64,000 bases of DNA from Candidatus Dojkabacteria bacterium (GCA_025999215.1 AP024679.1:433082-497081), one strand, 5' to 3'; shown: positions 1-9,912, counted from the first letter of the stretch. Notes: generated by a model not told the origin, from the sequence alone. Numbers and translations: made by a program.

Positions 1-1035
1 GGCGTGACAGTTGTTTTGCCTTGGCTTAAGAATTTTATGCGTGATATTGGTGAATCACCATTATTTGCAGCTAAAACGCCATTTAAGCAACCTGGTTTTG
101 TGTATGAAGGCGGTGGTGATTGTAACGAAGATGGTGAATGTTTGGGGTTAAGAAGAAGTTGGTTAATTGTTGATAAAGAATATCAAAGAAGAATCAAGCA
201 AGTGAAGGTACAAGTATGTACTGATCAACCTGATAAACTTGCAAGACCAGTAGATATAGCGCTGGGTTTTGCAGAAGAAAAAGTTTTTACATATTATGTT
301 AGCCCAGTGCCTGAGTGGCAAAATTTTGTTGACTCGTATATGCGCCAGAAGCATTCTGAAAATCCAGCAGAAAATCCTTTGAATGGTGGACCTGAAGAAT
401 ACTGTGATGTAGATAGGTCTGGTGGTTCTGACGATCCAATTTTGAATATTACTGCACCGATTAATGGTGATACCGTTACAAATAGCATAACTATATCTGG
501 CGGTGTTTACTCTGATAATTCAGATATTGTGAGTGTAAAGGTATATTTTGCGAATCAATTACTTGGAACCATCGCTTCAGGTTTTGAAAATTTAAATCAA
601 ACTTATGATATTTCTTCACTAAATTTAGAAAATGGAACATATACTTTTGTTATTGATGCTATAGATGCTAACGGCAATTCTAGTCAATATTCGATTGATT
701 TAGTAAAAGGTTCAGTTACAACATCTAATCTGACTTTTGTTACAGAACCTCCTTCTAGTTTAACTTATGGTGTAACAGTAAATCCAGTAACTCATACAAT
801 TACGGTAAACTATGCTGGAACTAAAACAATTAGTAGTGTGGAACTATATCAAATCAAAAATGGTACTGATATTACTTTGCTAGGAACAATGACAAACGCT
901 GGCTCAGGCAATTACACATATAGTTGGGGTGCTAGTGTACCTAACCAAACTGCAACTTATGAATTTTACGCTATTGTATACGTCAATGGCGGATTCTTGA
1001 AATCTCCTAATAGTAATCAAGTTTCTGTTAACTAA
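1..1035 (+). CDS. C-terminal fragment (5' truncated by the window edge) of a secreted/cell-surface protein. It has Thr/Ser/Asn-rich beta-sandwich (Ig-like) repeats.
   Basis: The ORF is open from the window start. The composition is NGT/TVT-rich and repetitive, typical of bacterial Ig-like surface domains. No catalytic motif was recognised. Confidence 0.45.
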   Translation, partial: GVTVVLPWLKNFMRDIGESPLFAAKTPFKQPGFVYEGGGDCNEDGECLGLRRSWLIVDKEYQRRIKQVKVQVCTDQPDKLARPVDIALGFAEEKVFTYYVSPVPEWQNFVDSYMRQKHSENPAENPLNGGPEEYCDVDRSGGSDDPILNITAPINGDTVTNSITISGGVYSDNSDIVSVKVYFANQLLGTIASGFENLNQTYDISSLNLENGTYTFVIDAIDANGNSSQYSIDLVKGSVTTSNLTFVTEPPSSLTYGVTVNPVTHTITVNYAGTKTISSVELYQIKNGTDITLLGTMTNAGSGNYTYSWGASVPNQTATYEFYAIVYVNGGFLKSPNSNQVSVN

Positions 1036-1165
1036 AGAAATTCACAATAAAGTTAAAAGTTTTAACTTTTAGAAATGTAAATATTTTATCGAATCGCTTT
1101 TTGAAACGTTTATACTTTGGTGATCATTTAACTATTCTACTCTACTGTTTTTATAAAAAACTTCT

Positions 1166-1196
1166 CTAAATTTTAAAAAAAGGTTTAGAGTTTTTA
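1166..1196. terminator. Candidate bidirectional hairpin terminator between the convergent ORF ending at 1035 and rplT.
   Basis: The inverted repeat CTCTAAA(N13)TTTAGAG is flanked by T/A runs on both strands. Confidence 0.3.
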
Positions 1197-1229
1197 TAAA
1201 AAATAAAAAAACTTTTGGGTAATGGAAAA

Positions 1230-1574
1230 TTATTTGGTAACTTCTTTCACAATCTGATCAAAAGTCTCAGGTCTGGAAACTGCCAATTCAGAAAGAACTT
1301 TTCTATCAAGCGCAATATTTTTAGCTTTAAGATTTGCTACAAAATCTTTGTATGCAACACCACGCTGCGAAAGTGCACTTGAAATTGTTTTAATCCATTC
1401 TGATCGAAGTTGTGATTTCCTTCTTCTTCTGTGCGCAAAACTATACTGTCCAGCATGAAGCGTAGCCTCTATTGCTCTTCTGTAAAGTTTACTGTAGGTT
1501 AGTCTATAACCTTTCACTCTTTTTAAAACCTTTTTATGGCTTTTTCTTTTGGAGTGACCTCTTTTAATTCTCAT
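1230..1574 (-). CDS. rplT: 50S ribosomal protein L20.
   Basis: The translation MRIKRGHSKRKSHKK...YRLTYSKLYRRA...AHRRRRK shows the characteristic basic L20 N-terminus and length. It is the last gene of the infC-rpmI-rplT operon. Confidence 0.9.
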   Translation of the reverse strand: MRIKRGHSKRKSHKKVLKRVKGYRLTYSKLYRRAIEATLHAGQYSFAHRRRRKSQLRSEWIKTISSALSQRGVAYKDFVANLKAKNIALDRKVLSELAVSRPETFDQIVKEVTK

Positions 1575-1599
1575 AATCTCTAATTAATAGCTATTCCTT

Positions 1600-1833
1600 T
1601 TAATTTTTCTTTTTAATTCCTAATAATTCTTTCACTCTTTTTTGTTCTGGTTTTGATAATTCTAATTTATCCTTATCAACTCTTCTTTTTGAACTTCTTT
1701 TATTCTTTTTGTGGGCATTATTTTTTAATCTTTGAACTACCCTTGTTACTACTCCAGAACCAGTAACTTTAAATCTTTTGGCTGTAGATTTATGCACTTT
1801 CTTTTTAATTTTAGTTTTTTTAGCTTTACTCAT
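1600..1833 (-). CDS. rpmI: 50S ribosomal protein L35.
   Basis: A short, highly basic protein (MSKAKKTKIKKK...KRFKVTGSG) sits between infC and rplT. Confidence 0.85.
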   Translation of the reverse strand: MSKAKKTKIKKKVHKSTAKRFKVTGSGVVTRVVQRLKNNAHKKNKRSSKRRVDKDKLELSKPEQKRVKELLGIKKKN

Positions 1834-2390
1834 GATTTTTTCTTAACATTAATTACTAAATTATATCCTTCTTTTCGCACTTCCGATATTTCTTCAACCT
1901 TATCTTTCATCATTTCTCTAAGTCTTTCCATTGTAGCATACATTTGCTCTCTTGGCACTCTTCTAGTAGATTTAATTGTTAATTTAGCTGTATTACCTTT
2001 TGATACAAATTCAATAACCCTTTTTAGTTTGTTTTCCATGTCGTTATCTGCAATGTTAGGTTTGAACCACCACTCTTTATTTTTGACTTGGTGACCTTTA
2101 GCATTTTTAGCTTTTTTGGTTTGCTCGTACTTAAATTTTGACCAGTCTATGATTTTAGCTACAGGCGGATCAATATCTGGCGATACAAGAACCAAGTCTA
2201 AACCAACCTCTCTTGCTTTTGCTAAAGCTTCTGCTTTTGAAAGTACACCTAGATTTTCACCATTTTGATCTATTACTCTCATTTTCTCGGCACGAATATG
2301 ATTATTTCTATCGTACCATTTTATTTGAATAGATTTTTTCTTTGGCGATTTTCTAACTCTCCTGATCTTTTTACACTTAAAAATTAACAA
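1830..2390 (-). CDS. infC: Translation initiation factor IF-3.
   Basis: The motifs IRAEKMRVIDQNGENLGV...AREVGLDLVLVSP...VAKIIDWSKFKYE match the IF-3 N- and C-domains. The true start is probably downstream of the annotated ATG (infC commonly uses a non-AUG start). Confidence 0.85.
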   Translation of the reverse strand: MLIFKCKKIRRVRKSPKKKSIQIKWYDRNNHIRAEKMRVIDQNGENLGVLSKAEALAKAREVGLDLVLVSPDIDPPVAKIIDWSKFKYEQTKKAKNAKGHQVKNKEWWFKPNIADNDMENKLKRVIEFVSKGNTAKLTIKSTRRVPREQMYATMERLREMMKDKVEEISEVRKEGYNLVINVKKKS

Positions 2391-2429
2391 TGATATACTA
2401 ACATATTTTTAAAATATTGACAATGGATT

Positions 2430-3980
2430 TTACCCTATTTTTAGGTTTTCACTCAAAAAAGATGTTAAGTTTTCATAATCCATTAATCCAACCTCCCTAC
2501 CTTCAAACCTCACAGAAACTGAATTGTTTGTAACCTCTTTGTTACCAATCACAAGTATGACAGGAATTTTTCTTTCTTCAGCATTTCTGATTTTATTTTG
2601 TATACTTTTAGATCTTAAATCTACTTCCACATTATATCCTTGTTTTGCAATTTTTTTACTAAAATTGCTGGCGAATTCATTTTGTTTAGATTTTATTGGT
2701 ATACAAATAATATGAGTTTCTTTAATTGTAGTTGGTAAATTTCCATTGTTTTCTTCGAGTAAGTAAGCAATGATTCTTAGAGGTACCACTTCAATCTCAG
2801 TTACAAAAAGATTTTTATTTTCATTTTTCTCATCTACATAAGTAGGTGTATTTTGTGTGAAAGTTCTTAAGGATGCCAGTTGCCACTTTCTATCAAAAGA
2901 ATCTAGCACAAAAAATACAGTTTCCACGACACCATTAGTTTTGGTAAGCACTTGGTTGTGAGACACAACATTACTTTTCAAAACACTAGAAATGACTTTA
3001 ACTTTACCATCATCTAAATTATCACTTAAAATGTCGGCAGACACATCAATTAGAAGTTTTTTCCTGAATATATCAACAATTTCTTCTATTTGAATTCCCA
3101 ATTCACTCATTCCTTCCGTATCGGTGAACATCGAAATAATTGTTTGTACTAAAGTTTCAATTTTTTCTTTTTTAATTTCAAAAAAATTGGTTGAGTCGTA
3201 ATTAAAAATTAAAGGAAATTCTTTGTAACCATGATTTTTAGATTTGTAATTTTCGAATAGAATTTTTCTAAATTCGTAATTATTTTTTCCTTGAGGAAAG
3301 AGTGTTTGGTTTAAAATGTTATCTTTCAAGCTTCTCAAAAATAATTTTTTGAGACTCTTTATTGAATTTGCACCAAGAGGTGAAAAGTATATTGAGTTTT
3401 CGTATTCAAAAAATAAATTAGATGATAAGCCTATTGTTTTGTAGTTTTTGTTTTTGACAATTTCTAGCTTTTTTTTATAATCTTGTGCCTCATTAAGATT
3501 TCGAAATACCATTCCATAGACTCTTTGCAATTCTGGTCTGTTAGGATCATCTCTCCAAAAAGATTGCTCTACTTTGTTTACTACAATTATCCCAATTTCT
3601 TCAGTTGATGATACATGCGGTCCTCTGCACAAATCTGTAAATTCTTCTCCTAGTTTGTAAAAGCTTACTTCAGGCTCATCAATTTGTTTAACTAATTCTG
3701 CTTTGTAAATCTGGCCGTTTTGAAGTAAAAAATTCAAAGCGCTATCTTTATCGAGTGTTATTTGTGTAAATTTATGATTTTCTTTAATTATTTCGTTAGC
3801 AACTGCTTCAATATTTTTTAAATCTTCTTCTGTAATTTTTTTATCAATATCGATATCGTAATAAAATCCTTCACTGGTTACTGGTCCTATTCCAAATTTT
3901 ACTTCAGGAAAAACTCTTTTTATTGCTGCCGCCATAACGTGAGCCGCAGAGTGTTTGACTGTATCAGAAATTTTGGTCAT
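2430..3980 (-). CDS. Threonyl-tRNA synthetase homologue. It has an N2/editing-type domain, a divergent class-II core and an anticodon-binding domain. There is no TGS domain, and motif 2 and the Zn ligands appear to be missing.
   Basis: HSAAHVMAAAIKRVFPEVKFGIGPVTSEGFYYDID and LCRGPHV match the ThrRS N2 (tRNA_SAD) HxxxH/CxxxH motifs. The C-terminus IPVILVIGNKEV...VSVRFEGREVG matches the ThrRS anticodon-binding domain. The middle 230 aa align to the catalytic core but lack the KPMNCPGH/FGSCHRNE/H511 signatures. The gene occupies the conserved position upstream of infC. Confidence 0.6.
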   Translation of the reverse strand: MTKISDTVKHSAAHVMAAAIKRVFPEVKFGIGPVTSEGFYYDIDIDKKITEEDLKNIEAVANEIIKENHKFTQITLDKDSALNFLLQNGQIYKAELVKQIDEPEVSFYKLGEEFTDLCRGPHVSSTEEIGIIVVNKVEQSFWRDDPNRPELQRVYGMVFRNLNEAQDYKKKLEIVKNKNYKTIGLSSNLFFEYENSIYFSPLGANSIKSLKKLFLRSLKDNILNQTLFPQGKNNYEFRKILFENYKSKNHGYKEFPLIFNYDSTNFFEIKKEKIETLVQTIISMFTDTEGMSELGIQIEEIVDIFRKKLLIDVSADILSDNLDDGKVKVISSVLKSNVVSHNQVLTKTNGVVETVFFVLDSFDRKWQLASLRTFTQNTPTYVDEKNENKNLFVTEIEVVPLRIIAYLLEENNGNLPTTIKETHIICIPIKSKQNEFASNFSKKIAKQGYNVEVDLRSKSIQNKIRNAEERKIPVILVIGNKEVTNNSVSVRFEGREVGLMDYENLTSFLSENLKIG

Positions 3981-4022
3981 AACATTTTCTCTATCTTAGA
4001 GAAATATAAAATTTAATACACA

Positions 4023-4096
4023 TGAGCACTACAGGATTCGAACCTGTGACCTTTCCCACGTCAAGGGAACGCTCTAACCAGCTGAGCTAAGTGCTC
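4023..4096 (-). tRNA. tRNA-Val (anticodon GAC). No encoded CCA.
   Basis: It folds as a cloverleaf: acceptor GAGCACT/AGTGCTC, D arm GCTC/GAGC, anticodon stem TTCCC/GGGAA with loop TTGACGT, and T arm ACAGG-TTCGAAT-CCTGT. Confidence 0.85.
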
Positions 4097-4689
4097 TTTT
4101 GCACCTTCTTTTTTTCTATTACGCTGTCGATAATTCCATATTCTACTGCCTGTAGAGCTGTCATGTGATAGTCTCTGTCAATATCTTTTAATACTTTTTC
4201 TTTCTTCTGCCCAGTTGATTCCACTAACATATCTACCAATTTATCTTTGAGCCTTAAAATTTCTTTAGCTGTAATTTCAATGTCTGATGCTTGACCTTCA
4301 ACTCCTCCTAGTGGTTGATGAATTAAAATCAAACTGTTTGGCAAAGCAAACCTTTTGCCTTTTGTGCCTTGAGACAAAATCATAGCTCCCATTGAAGCAG
4401 CTTTACCTACCGCAATGGTAACAATATCAGGTTTTATATAATTCATTGTGTCAATTATTGAAAGACCGTCATATACAGAACCTCCAGGACTATTGATGTA
4501 CATGGTTATATCTTTTTTAGGATCTTCTTTTTCTAAAAAGAGAAGTTGAGCAATCACTGCATTTGCAACCCCCTCATCAATCGCCGTGCCCAAAAAAATT
4601 ATTCTATCTTTGAGTAGTCTAGAATAAAGATCATAAGCTCTTTCTCCATCTCTGGTTCTTTCAATTACGTTTGGTATTAAATATGCCAT
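4087..4689 (-). CDS. clpP: ATP-dependent Clp protease proteolytic subunit.
   Basis: The sequence [23 protein letters not shown]...[19 protein letters not shown]...GKAASMGA carries the ClpP Ser-His-Asp context. The 3' end overlaps the tRNA-Val 5' end by about 10 nt. Confidence 0.9.
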   Translation of the reverse strand: MAYLIPNVIERTRDGERAYDLYSRLLKDRIIFLGTAIDEGVANAVIAQLLFLEKEDPKKDITMYINSPGGSVYDGLSIIDTMNYIKPDIVTIAVGKAASMGAMILSQGTKGKRFALPNSLILIHQPLGGVEGQASDIEITAKEILRLKDKLVDMLVESTGQKKEKVLKDIDRDYHMTALQAVEYGIIDSVIEKKKVQKST

Positions 4690-4767
4690 TTATTTTTTTT
4701 AATAACTACTTAATCATTATAGTAGTAATTATTTTAATTTTCAACAGAACCGATTAGCTTATCAGGT

Positions 4768-4808
4768 AAAAAACAAAAATCCCCGTTGGGATTTTTGTTT
4801 TTTACCTC
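4768..4808. terminator. Bidirectional intrinsic terminator: a perfect 19 bp palindrome with internal U-tracts.
   Basis: The sequence is GGTAAAAAACAAAAATCCC-CGTT-GGGATTTTTGTTTTTTACC. It lies at the 3' end of the murA-murB-mutL-DUF192 operon and upstream of clpP. Confidence 0.5.
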
Positions 4809-4926
4809 GTTTGTTGGAATATTATACACATTTTCAAATTTGTTTGTCAAAGGGGTTTATACAAAGTGTTTTAATTTCTTTATGTTAAAGCTTAAAAGCA
4901 CTTGAAATTTTGTATACAATTTTTAA

Positions 4927-5463
4927 TCACCATATAAATCTATCACCTATTTTAATTCCATTCTTTTCTGTCCAAAAAGCATTTACTTCAAGTGTGTATT
5001 TTGCCGGTTTTTCTGATGAGTAAATTTCTGTAGTTTGGTTTGGCATGGTGTTAGTGTGAATTTTAACAACTTTTTTATCTGCATCTAAAAATATAATATC
5101 TAGTGGAATATAAGTATTTTTCATCCAAAAGTTTAGAGTTTGTTCTTTTTCAAACACAAAAAGCATGCCAGCATCTTCAGGTAGATAATCTCTAAACATC
5201 AAACCTCGCTGCCTTTCTGTGTTATCATCAGCTATTTCTACAAAAATTTTTTTACCGTTCGGTGCGATTATTTCAATATTTTCTGAAGGTATTGCGTTTA
5301 ATTGAATGTCTTGATTTGCTTCGTTGTTATTTAAAAAGTTTTCACCTACACCTAACGCGATTAAAACAGCAAAAAAAACAGAAATTACTGTAGCAATAGC
5401 GCTAATTAAAAGTATAATCGGAGATTTGAGGTTTTGTAAAATTTTGTTTTTAATATTATTCAT
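4927..5463 (-). CDS. DUF192 (COG1430) family protein with an N-terminal membrane anchor.
   Basis: The GLMFR...GMLFVF...FWMKNTYIPLDIIFLD pattern is typical of DUF192. Confidence 0.65.
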   Translation of the reverse strand: MNNIKNKILQNLKSPIILLISAIATVISVFFAVLIALGVGENFLNNNEANQDIQLNAIPSENIEIIAPNGKKIFVEIADDNTERQRGLMFRDYLPEDAGMLFVFEKEQTLNFWMKNTYIPLDIIFLDADKKVVKIHTNTMPNQTTEIYSSEKPAKYTLEVNAFWTEKNGIKIGDRFIW

Positions 5464-7301
5464 TAAATTATTCGTTTAAAAAATTTATCTATATCTTCTT
5501 TCGTTAGTTTGTAGTAAGTTGGTCGTCCATGTGGGCAATTTTTGGGGTATTTAAGGCTAAACAAATCGTTAATGAGCTTATTCATTTCGTCTATAGATAA
5601 TTTTTGTCCAGCTCTAATTGATCCGTGGCATGCTGTTTTTGCCCAAACTACATACTGTTCTTGTGTTAATTTTACACTAGTTTCAAACTCGTAACTACTA
5701 AATTTTGAATCAAGATCATCTGATTCTTCGTTTATTATCTCATCAAAGAATTCGTTTAAATTTATATTTTCTAAGTCTTCAGGGATTTCCATAATTTGTA
5801 AGGATTTTTGTCCAAATCTTTCAAATTTAAATCCTATCTGAATTAAATCATTTTCAATCTTTTTAATATTATCTTTACCGCTAGTAGTTAACTCGACAAT
5901 TGCGGGAATTAATAGAGGTTTTGATTTAGGTTTTTGAATTTTTCGTAGCAATTTTTCAAAAATGATTTTTTCGTGAGCTGCATGCTGATCAACTATAATT
6001 AAGTTTGAATTTTGTTCAAACAGTATGTATGTTCCAAAAATTTGCATAGGGTTTTTGTTCCATGAAAAGGAAATCTCAACTTCATTTTTGCTACTATTAA
6101 TTCCTTCATCTGATAATAATTGCTGAGTAAATTCAAGTGCTTTTTTGACTTCATAATTTTTGTTTCTTTGGCTTCCGATATTAAATTTAATTTTATTACT
6201 CTGCTCTGTTTTTTGTAAGGGTAAGTAATGCCTTGGTGGATTAGTAGTTTTTAAATCTGGTTCATTTGAAAAGTTATTTTCTTCTCCTAAAAAATCTTTG
6301 AGTAATTCTTGCTTGGACTCTTTCTCAAGTGTTTTTTTGACGCTCAGAAAAACAGACTTGAAAATGGAACCTGGATCATCAAAACGAACTTCAAGCTTTC
6401 GTGGGTGCACATTAACATCAACTTGATTTGAATCAAGTGTTAAAAACAAAATATATTGTGGCTTTAAATCTTTATGCAAGAAACCTGAGTATGCTTTTTG
6501 GATTGCTGATGAAATAGTTTTGTTAGTTACAAATCTTTTGTTGATAAAAATATATTGAACTGGATTTGTTTTTTTTCCAAGTTTTGAATTACCCAAAAAA
6601 CCATTTAATTTGATTGAATTACTGTGAGCAGTTAAGTTATATGAGTTTTCTAAAAATTCTCTACCTAAAATATCTTTTATTCTGTTCTCAATTGAAGTTT
6701 TTTCTAGATTATAAAGTTGTTTATTATTGTGGTAAAGCTCAAAATGTATTTCAGGATTTGCAAGAGATGCATGAATGAAAACTTGGATAATGTGTCTAAG
6801 TTCAGTTTGATTAGATTTTAGAAATTTTTTTCTTGCAGGAACTGTAGCAAATAAATTAAAAACTTGAATTCTTGTGCCGTTATTGTAACCTTCTGGAGAA
6901 GCTTCTGAGATGGTTGTTGGGGTTACCACCACCGCTTTTGGGTTACTATCGGGTGTTTTAGATTGTAAAATAATCTTTTCAGCAACTGAACGAATGCTAG
7001 CCATTGCTTCACCTCTAAAACCAAATGAATTAATTTTAAGTAGGTCAGAAGATTTTTTAATTTTAGAAGTTGCGTGTTGTTCAAACACTAAATCAATATC
7101 ATCACTCTCTATTCCTATTCCATCATCAATAATTTCAATCAAATCTAGCCCATAGTTTTCAATATAAACTTTAATATGAGTTGCATTGGCATCAATGCTA
7201 TTTTCTAAAATTTCCTTAACTACGGACGCTGGTCTTTCAACAACTTCACCGGCAGCAATAAGGTTTATTACATGTGGAGGTAGTTTGTTAATTTTTCCCA
7301 T
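5463..7301 (-). CDS. mutL: DNA mismatch repair protein MutL.
   Basis: The N-terminal GHKL ATPase motifs IAAGEVVERPASVVKEILENSIDA and GTRIQVFNLF are present, with a C-terminal dimerisation domain. The length is 612 aa. Confidence 0.9.
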   Translation of the reverse strand: MGKINKLPPHVINLIAAGEVVERPASVVKEILENSIDANATHIKVYIENYGLDLIEIIDDGIGIESDDIDLVFEQHATSKIKKSSDLLKINSFGFRGEAMASIRSVAEKIILQSKTPDSNPKAVVVTPTTISEASPEGYNNGTRIQVFNLFATVPARKKFLKSNQTELRHIIQVFIHASLANPEIHFELYHNNKQLYNLEKTSIENRIKDILGREFLENSYNLTAHSNSIKLNGFLGNSKLGKKTNPVQYIFINKRFVTNKTISSAIQKAYSGFLHKDLKPQYILFLTLDSNQVDVNVHPRKLEVRFDDPGSIFKSVFLSVKKTLEKESKQELLKDFLGEENNFSNEPDLKTTNPPRHYLPLQKTEQSNKIKFNIGSQRNKNYEVKKALEFTQQLLSDEGINSSKNEVEISFSWNKNPMQIFGTYILFEQNSNLIIVDQHAAHEKIIFEKLLRKIQKPKSKPLLIPAIVELTTSGKDNIKKIENDLIQIGFKFERFGQKSLQIMEIPEDLENINLNEFFDEIINEESDDLDSKFSSYEFETSVKLTQEQYVVWAKTACHGSIRAGQKLSIDEMNKLINDLFSLKYPKNCPHGRPTYYKLTKEDIDKFFKRII

Positions 7302-7328
7302 AAAAATTTAAAACTTTTACAAATCTCT

Positions 7329-8417
7329 TTATTTAAATTCGCCAAGTAAAAATATTTCTAATTTAAGATTTAATCCTAACTTTTCTAATGCTCTTTTTTT
7401 TATCTCTTCTATCACTGCTAAGTATTCTTGCGCTGTAGCTTTACCTTTGTTTTCAATAAAATTATGGTGTTTTTCTGATATCCAAGCATCACCAATGTGG
7501 AACCCTTTCATATTTAAAACATGTTCTACCACATACCCAACACTTACCGTAGGCCAACCTCTTTTCTCTTTTTCTTTTACGCTTATATTTTGAAAAACAC
7601 AACCTATTGAATTACTTGGTTGATGCAACGCTTTTCTCTTGGTCCACTCTTGAGCTACGTAAATGGCTCTTTTTTTATCACCTTTTCTTAAATTAAAAGT
7701 AGCATCTAAAATTATTTCTTTTGTATCATGAAAAATTGAATAATCATATTTTGCCTTAAGTTCATTTTGTTTATATATCTTAATTTGATTTTTTGAATCC
7801 AGCACCTTTACTTCATCAATTATCTCATGAATAAAATGAGTACCACCATGAATGTTATTAAAAATTGCACCACCGATAGTTCCAGGAATTCTTCCATACC
7901 ATTGTAAACCAGTTAATCCTTGATATACTAAATGATTGATCGCAAATGGTAAATCTACACCACTTTCCATAACTACTTTTACTATAGGTCTGTCATTTTC
8001 ATCGTAATCTAAATCTTGAAATTCATACATTTTCCTTGCGCCCTCTTTTTCTGTTGCGCTATTCCATCTAATTTCAGATTTATATGATTTTTCCCATTGG
8101 TTTATTAAATTTTCATTGTTTTCACTTTTTTCAACTATTTCTTTTTGACCTATAGTAATTTTTTTAGCTTGATTTCGTATAACTAACCCTCTGATTCCTA
8201 AATCACCCACCAAAACATTTGAACCCCAACCAAGCATTGTGATTGGTACGTTTTCTTTTCGAGCGTGAATTATTGCATCTATTAATTCTTCATTAGTTCG
8301 TGGTTCGTAAAAAATATCCGCAGGTCCACCAATTCTTAAAGTTGTATGTTTACTCAATGGTTCATTAAGCTTTATAAATTTTGGGTTTAATTTTGAAATT
8401 AGTTTCTGATATTTCAT
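7329..8417 (-). CDS. murB: UDP-N-acetylenolpyruvoylglucosamine reductase.
   Basis: It carries the FAD-binding N-terminus TTLRIGGPADIFYEP...MLGWGSNVLV and sits directly downstream of murA. Confidence 0.85.
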   Translation of the reverse strand: MKYQKLISKLNPKFIKLNEPLSKHTTLRIGGPADIFYEPRTNEELIDAIIHARKENVPITMLGWGSNVLVGDLGIRGLVIRNQAKKITIGQKEIVEKSENNENLINQWEKSYKSEIRWNSATEKEGARKMYEFQDLDYDENDRPIVKVVMESGVDLPFAINHLVYQGLTGLQWYGRIPGTIGGAIFNNIHGGTHFIHEIIDEVKVLDSKNQIKIYKQNELKAKYDYSIFHDTKEIILDATFNLRKGDKKRAIYVAQEWTKRKALHQPSNSIGCVFQNISVKEKEKRGWPTVSVGYVVEHVLNMKGFHIGDAWISEKHHNFIENKGKATAQEYLAVIEEIKKRALEKLGLNLKLEIFLLGEFK

Positions 8418-8420
8418 AAT

Positions 8421-9707
8421 CTATTTAACTTTTTCTATTTGTGCTCCAAGTGTTAAATAAGTTTCAACTAATTCAGGATAACGTCTGCTCAATTGATCTG
8501 TTTCGTCAATTAAGGTTGAAACGCCACTTGCACCAAGTGCCGCTACAAATAAAGCTTTGGCTGAAGCGATAATATTCGGAGCTTTGATTACTGTACCTTC
8601 TAATTTGCTTGGCCCAAAAGTTATCACTCTGTGAGGATCTGCCATTACAACATTTGCTTTAAGTTTTGCTAGCTCTTCTATGAAGTAAAAGCCGTACTCG
8701 TAAAATGAATTATGAAATATTAAACTTCCCTCTGCAAAACATGCAGCGACTACTAGTGATTGTATAGCATCAGGAGGAAATTGTGGCCAATGTAGCGCCA
8801 TAATTTGAAATAAATCTCCTCTAACAGTTTTGTGAGCTTTTAATTTTTGATTTTTAGGAATTATAAGTTTATCTCCTTCGTAGTAAGAGTTAAGATTTAT
8901 TTTTTCAAAGGCAGATCTAATATTTGTCATGTGTTCTGGAATTGCGTTATTTATAGTGAGCTCGCTTCCAGTGACAGCAGCTATTGCCATATATTCTGCG
9001 ATATCTAAATGATCACTTATCACATTCCACTCTGTTCCCTTAAGTTTATCTACACCATTTATCACTAATTTGTTAGAGCCAATGCCTTTAATTTTAGCTC
9101 CCATGCTAACCAACATGTTACATAAATCTTGAGTGTGAGGTTCACAAGCAGCATTGTAAATTTCTGTAACTCCAGGCGTTAGTACAGCCAAATTAATTAA
9201 ATTTTCTGTTCCTGTAACACTTGGAAACCAAGACCAAACTTTTGCGCCTTTTAATTTTTTTGCCTCTAAAAAATAACCTTTTTCTCTTCTGTAAACAGCA
9301 CCAAGTTGCACCATATTATCAATAAAAGCATCCAGTGGCCTTGAACCTAATTTACACCCCCCCGGTATAGGCATTTCAGCTTTTCCAAATCGATGAAGAA
9401 GTGGCGCCATAAACATTACAGAAGCCTTTGCTTTTTGGGATAAATCCTCATCGATTTTATAAGTATTAATACCTTTAGCTACTATTTTCACAGATGTTCC
9501 ATTGTTAAAATACGTAACCTTACCGCCGAGAGTTTTTACAATTTTAAGCATTATTCTTACATCAGAACTTTTAGGAACATTGTGTATGATTACTGGTTCA
9601 TCAGTCAATAAACTAGCTGGAATTAATTTTAAAATTGAATTTTTATTTGGAACTGGAGTAACCTCACCATTTAGTTCTATGCCTCCTTGAATTTTATATA
9701 CAGCCAT
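8421..9707 (-). CDS. murA: UDP-N-acetylglucosamine 1-carboxyvinyltransferase.
   Basis: The sequence MAVYKIQGGIELNGEVTPVPNKNSILKLIPASLL is the EPSP-synthase fold N-terminus. The length is 428 aa. Confidence 0.9.
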   Translation of the reverse strand: MAVYKIQGGIELNGEVTPVPNKNSILKLIPASLLTDEPVIIHNVPKSSDVRIMLKIVKTLGGKVTYFNNGTSVKIVAKGINTYKIDEDLSQKAKASVMFMAPLLHRFGKAEMPIPGGCKLGSRPLDAFIDNMVQLGAVYRREKGYFLEAKKLKGAKVWSWFPSVTGTENLINLAVLTPGVTEIYNAACEPHTQDLCNMLVSMGAKIKGIGSNKLVINGVDKLKGTEWNVISDHLDIAEYMAIAAVTGSELTINNAIPEHMTNIRSAFEKINLNSYYEGDKLIIPKNQKLKAHKTVRGDLFQIMALHWPQFPPDAIQSLVVAACFAEGSLIFHNSFYEYGFYFIEELAKLKANVVMADPHRVITFGPSKLEGTVIKAPNIIASAKALFVAALGASGVSTLIDETDQLSRRYPELVETYLTLGAQIEKVK

Positions 9708-9912
9708 TGATTAAATTTAAAATATTTTAATAATTATACCTTAAAATTAAAAATTACTCTAAAATTTCGAAAGGGGTAGTTAGATAATAACGTTAAAGTA
9801 TTTAGTATTCTAAAATTAAGAAAACCATTTTGCAGTTTTGGCTTTCTATGAGGATAACCAGGCCAGCAGCAAGGTCTATTTGCGCTTGTTGATTTTTTTT
9901 CTAAAATCAATA
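9688..9912. repeat. Copy A of a roughly 225 bp direct repeat. It spans the murA promoter/leader plus the first codons of murA.
   Basis: It is near-identical to 12190-12414 (over 95% in the promoter-proximal 130 bp and about 75% distally). It contains a TATAAT about 30 nt upstream of the murA ATG. Confidence 0.75.

Noticed and set aside
163-488. Short minus-strand ORFs (63-64 aa) inside the 5' surface-protein ORF.
   Set aside because: They lie antisense within a longer, better-supported ORF, are low-complexity and have no motif. They are shadow ORFs typical of AT-rich DNA.
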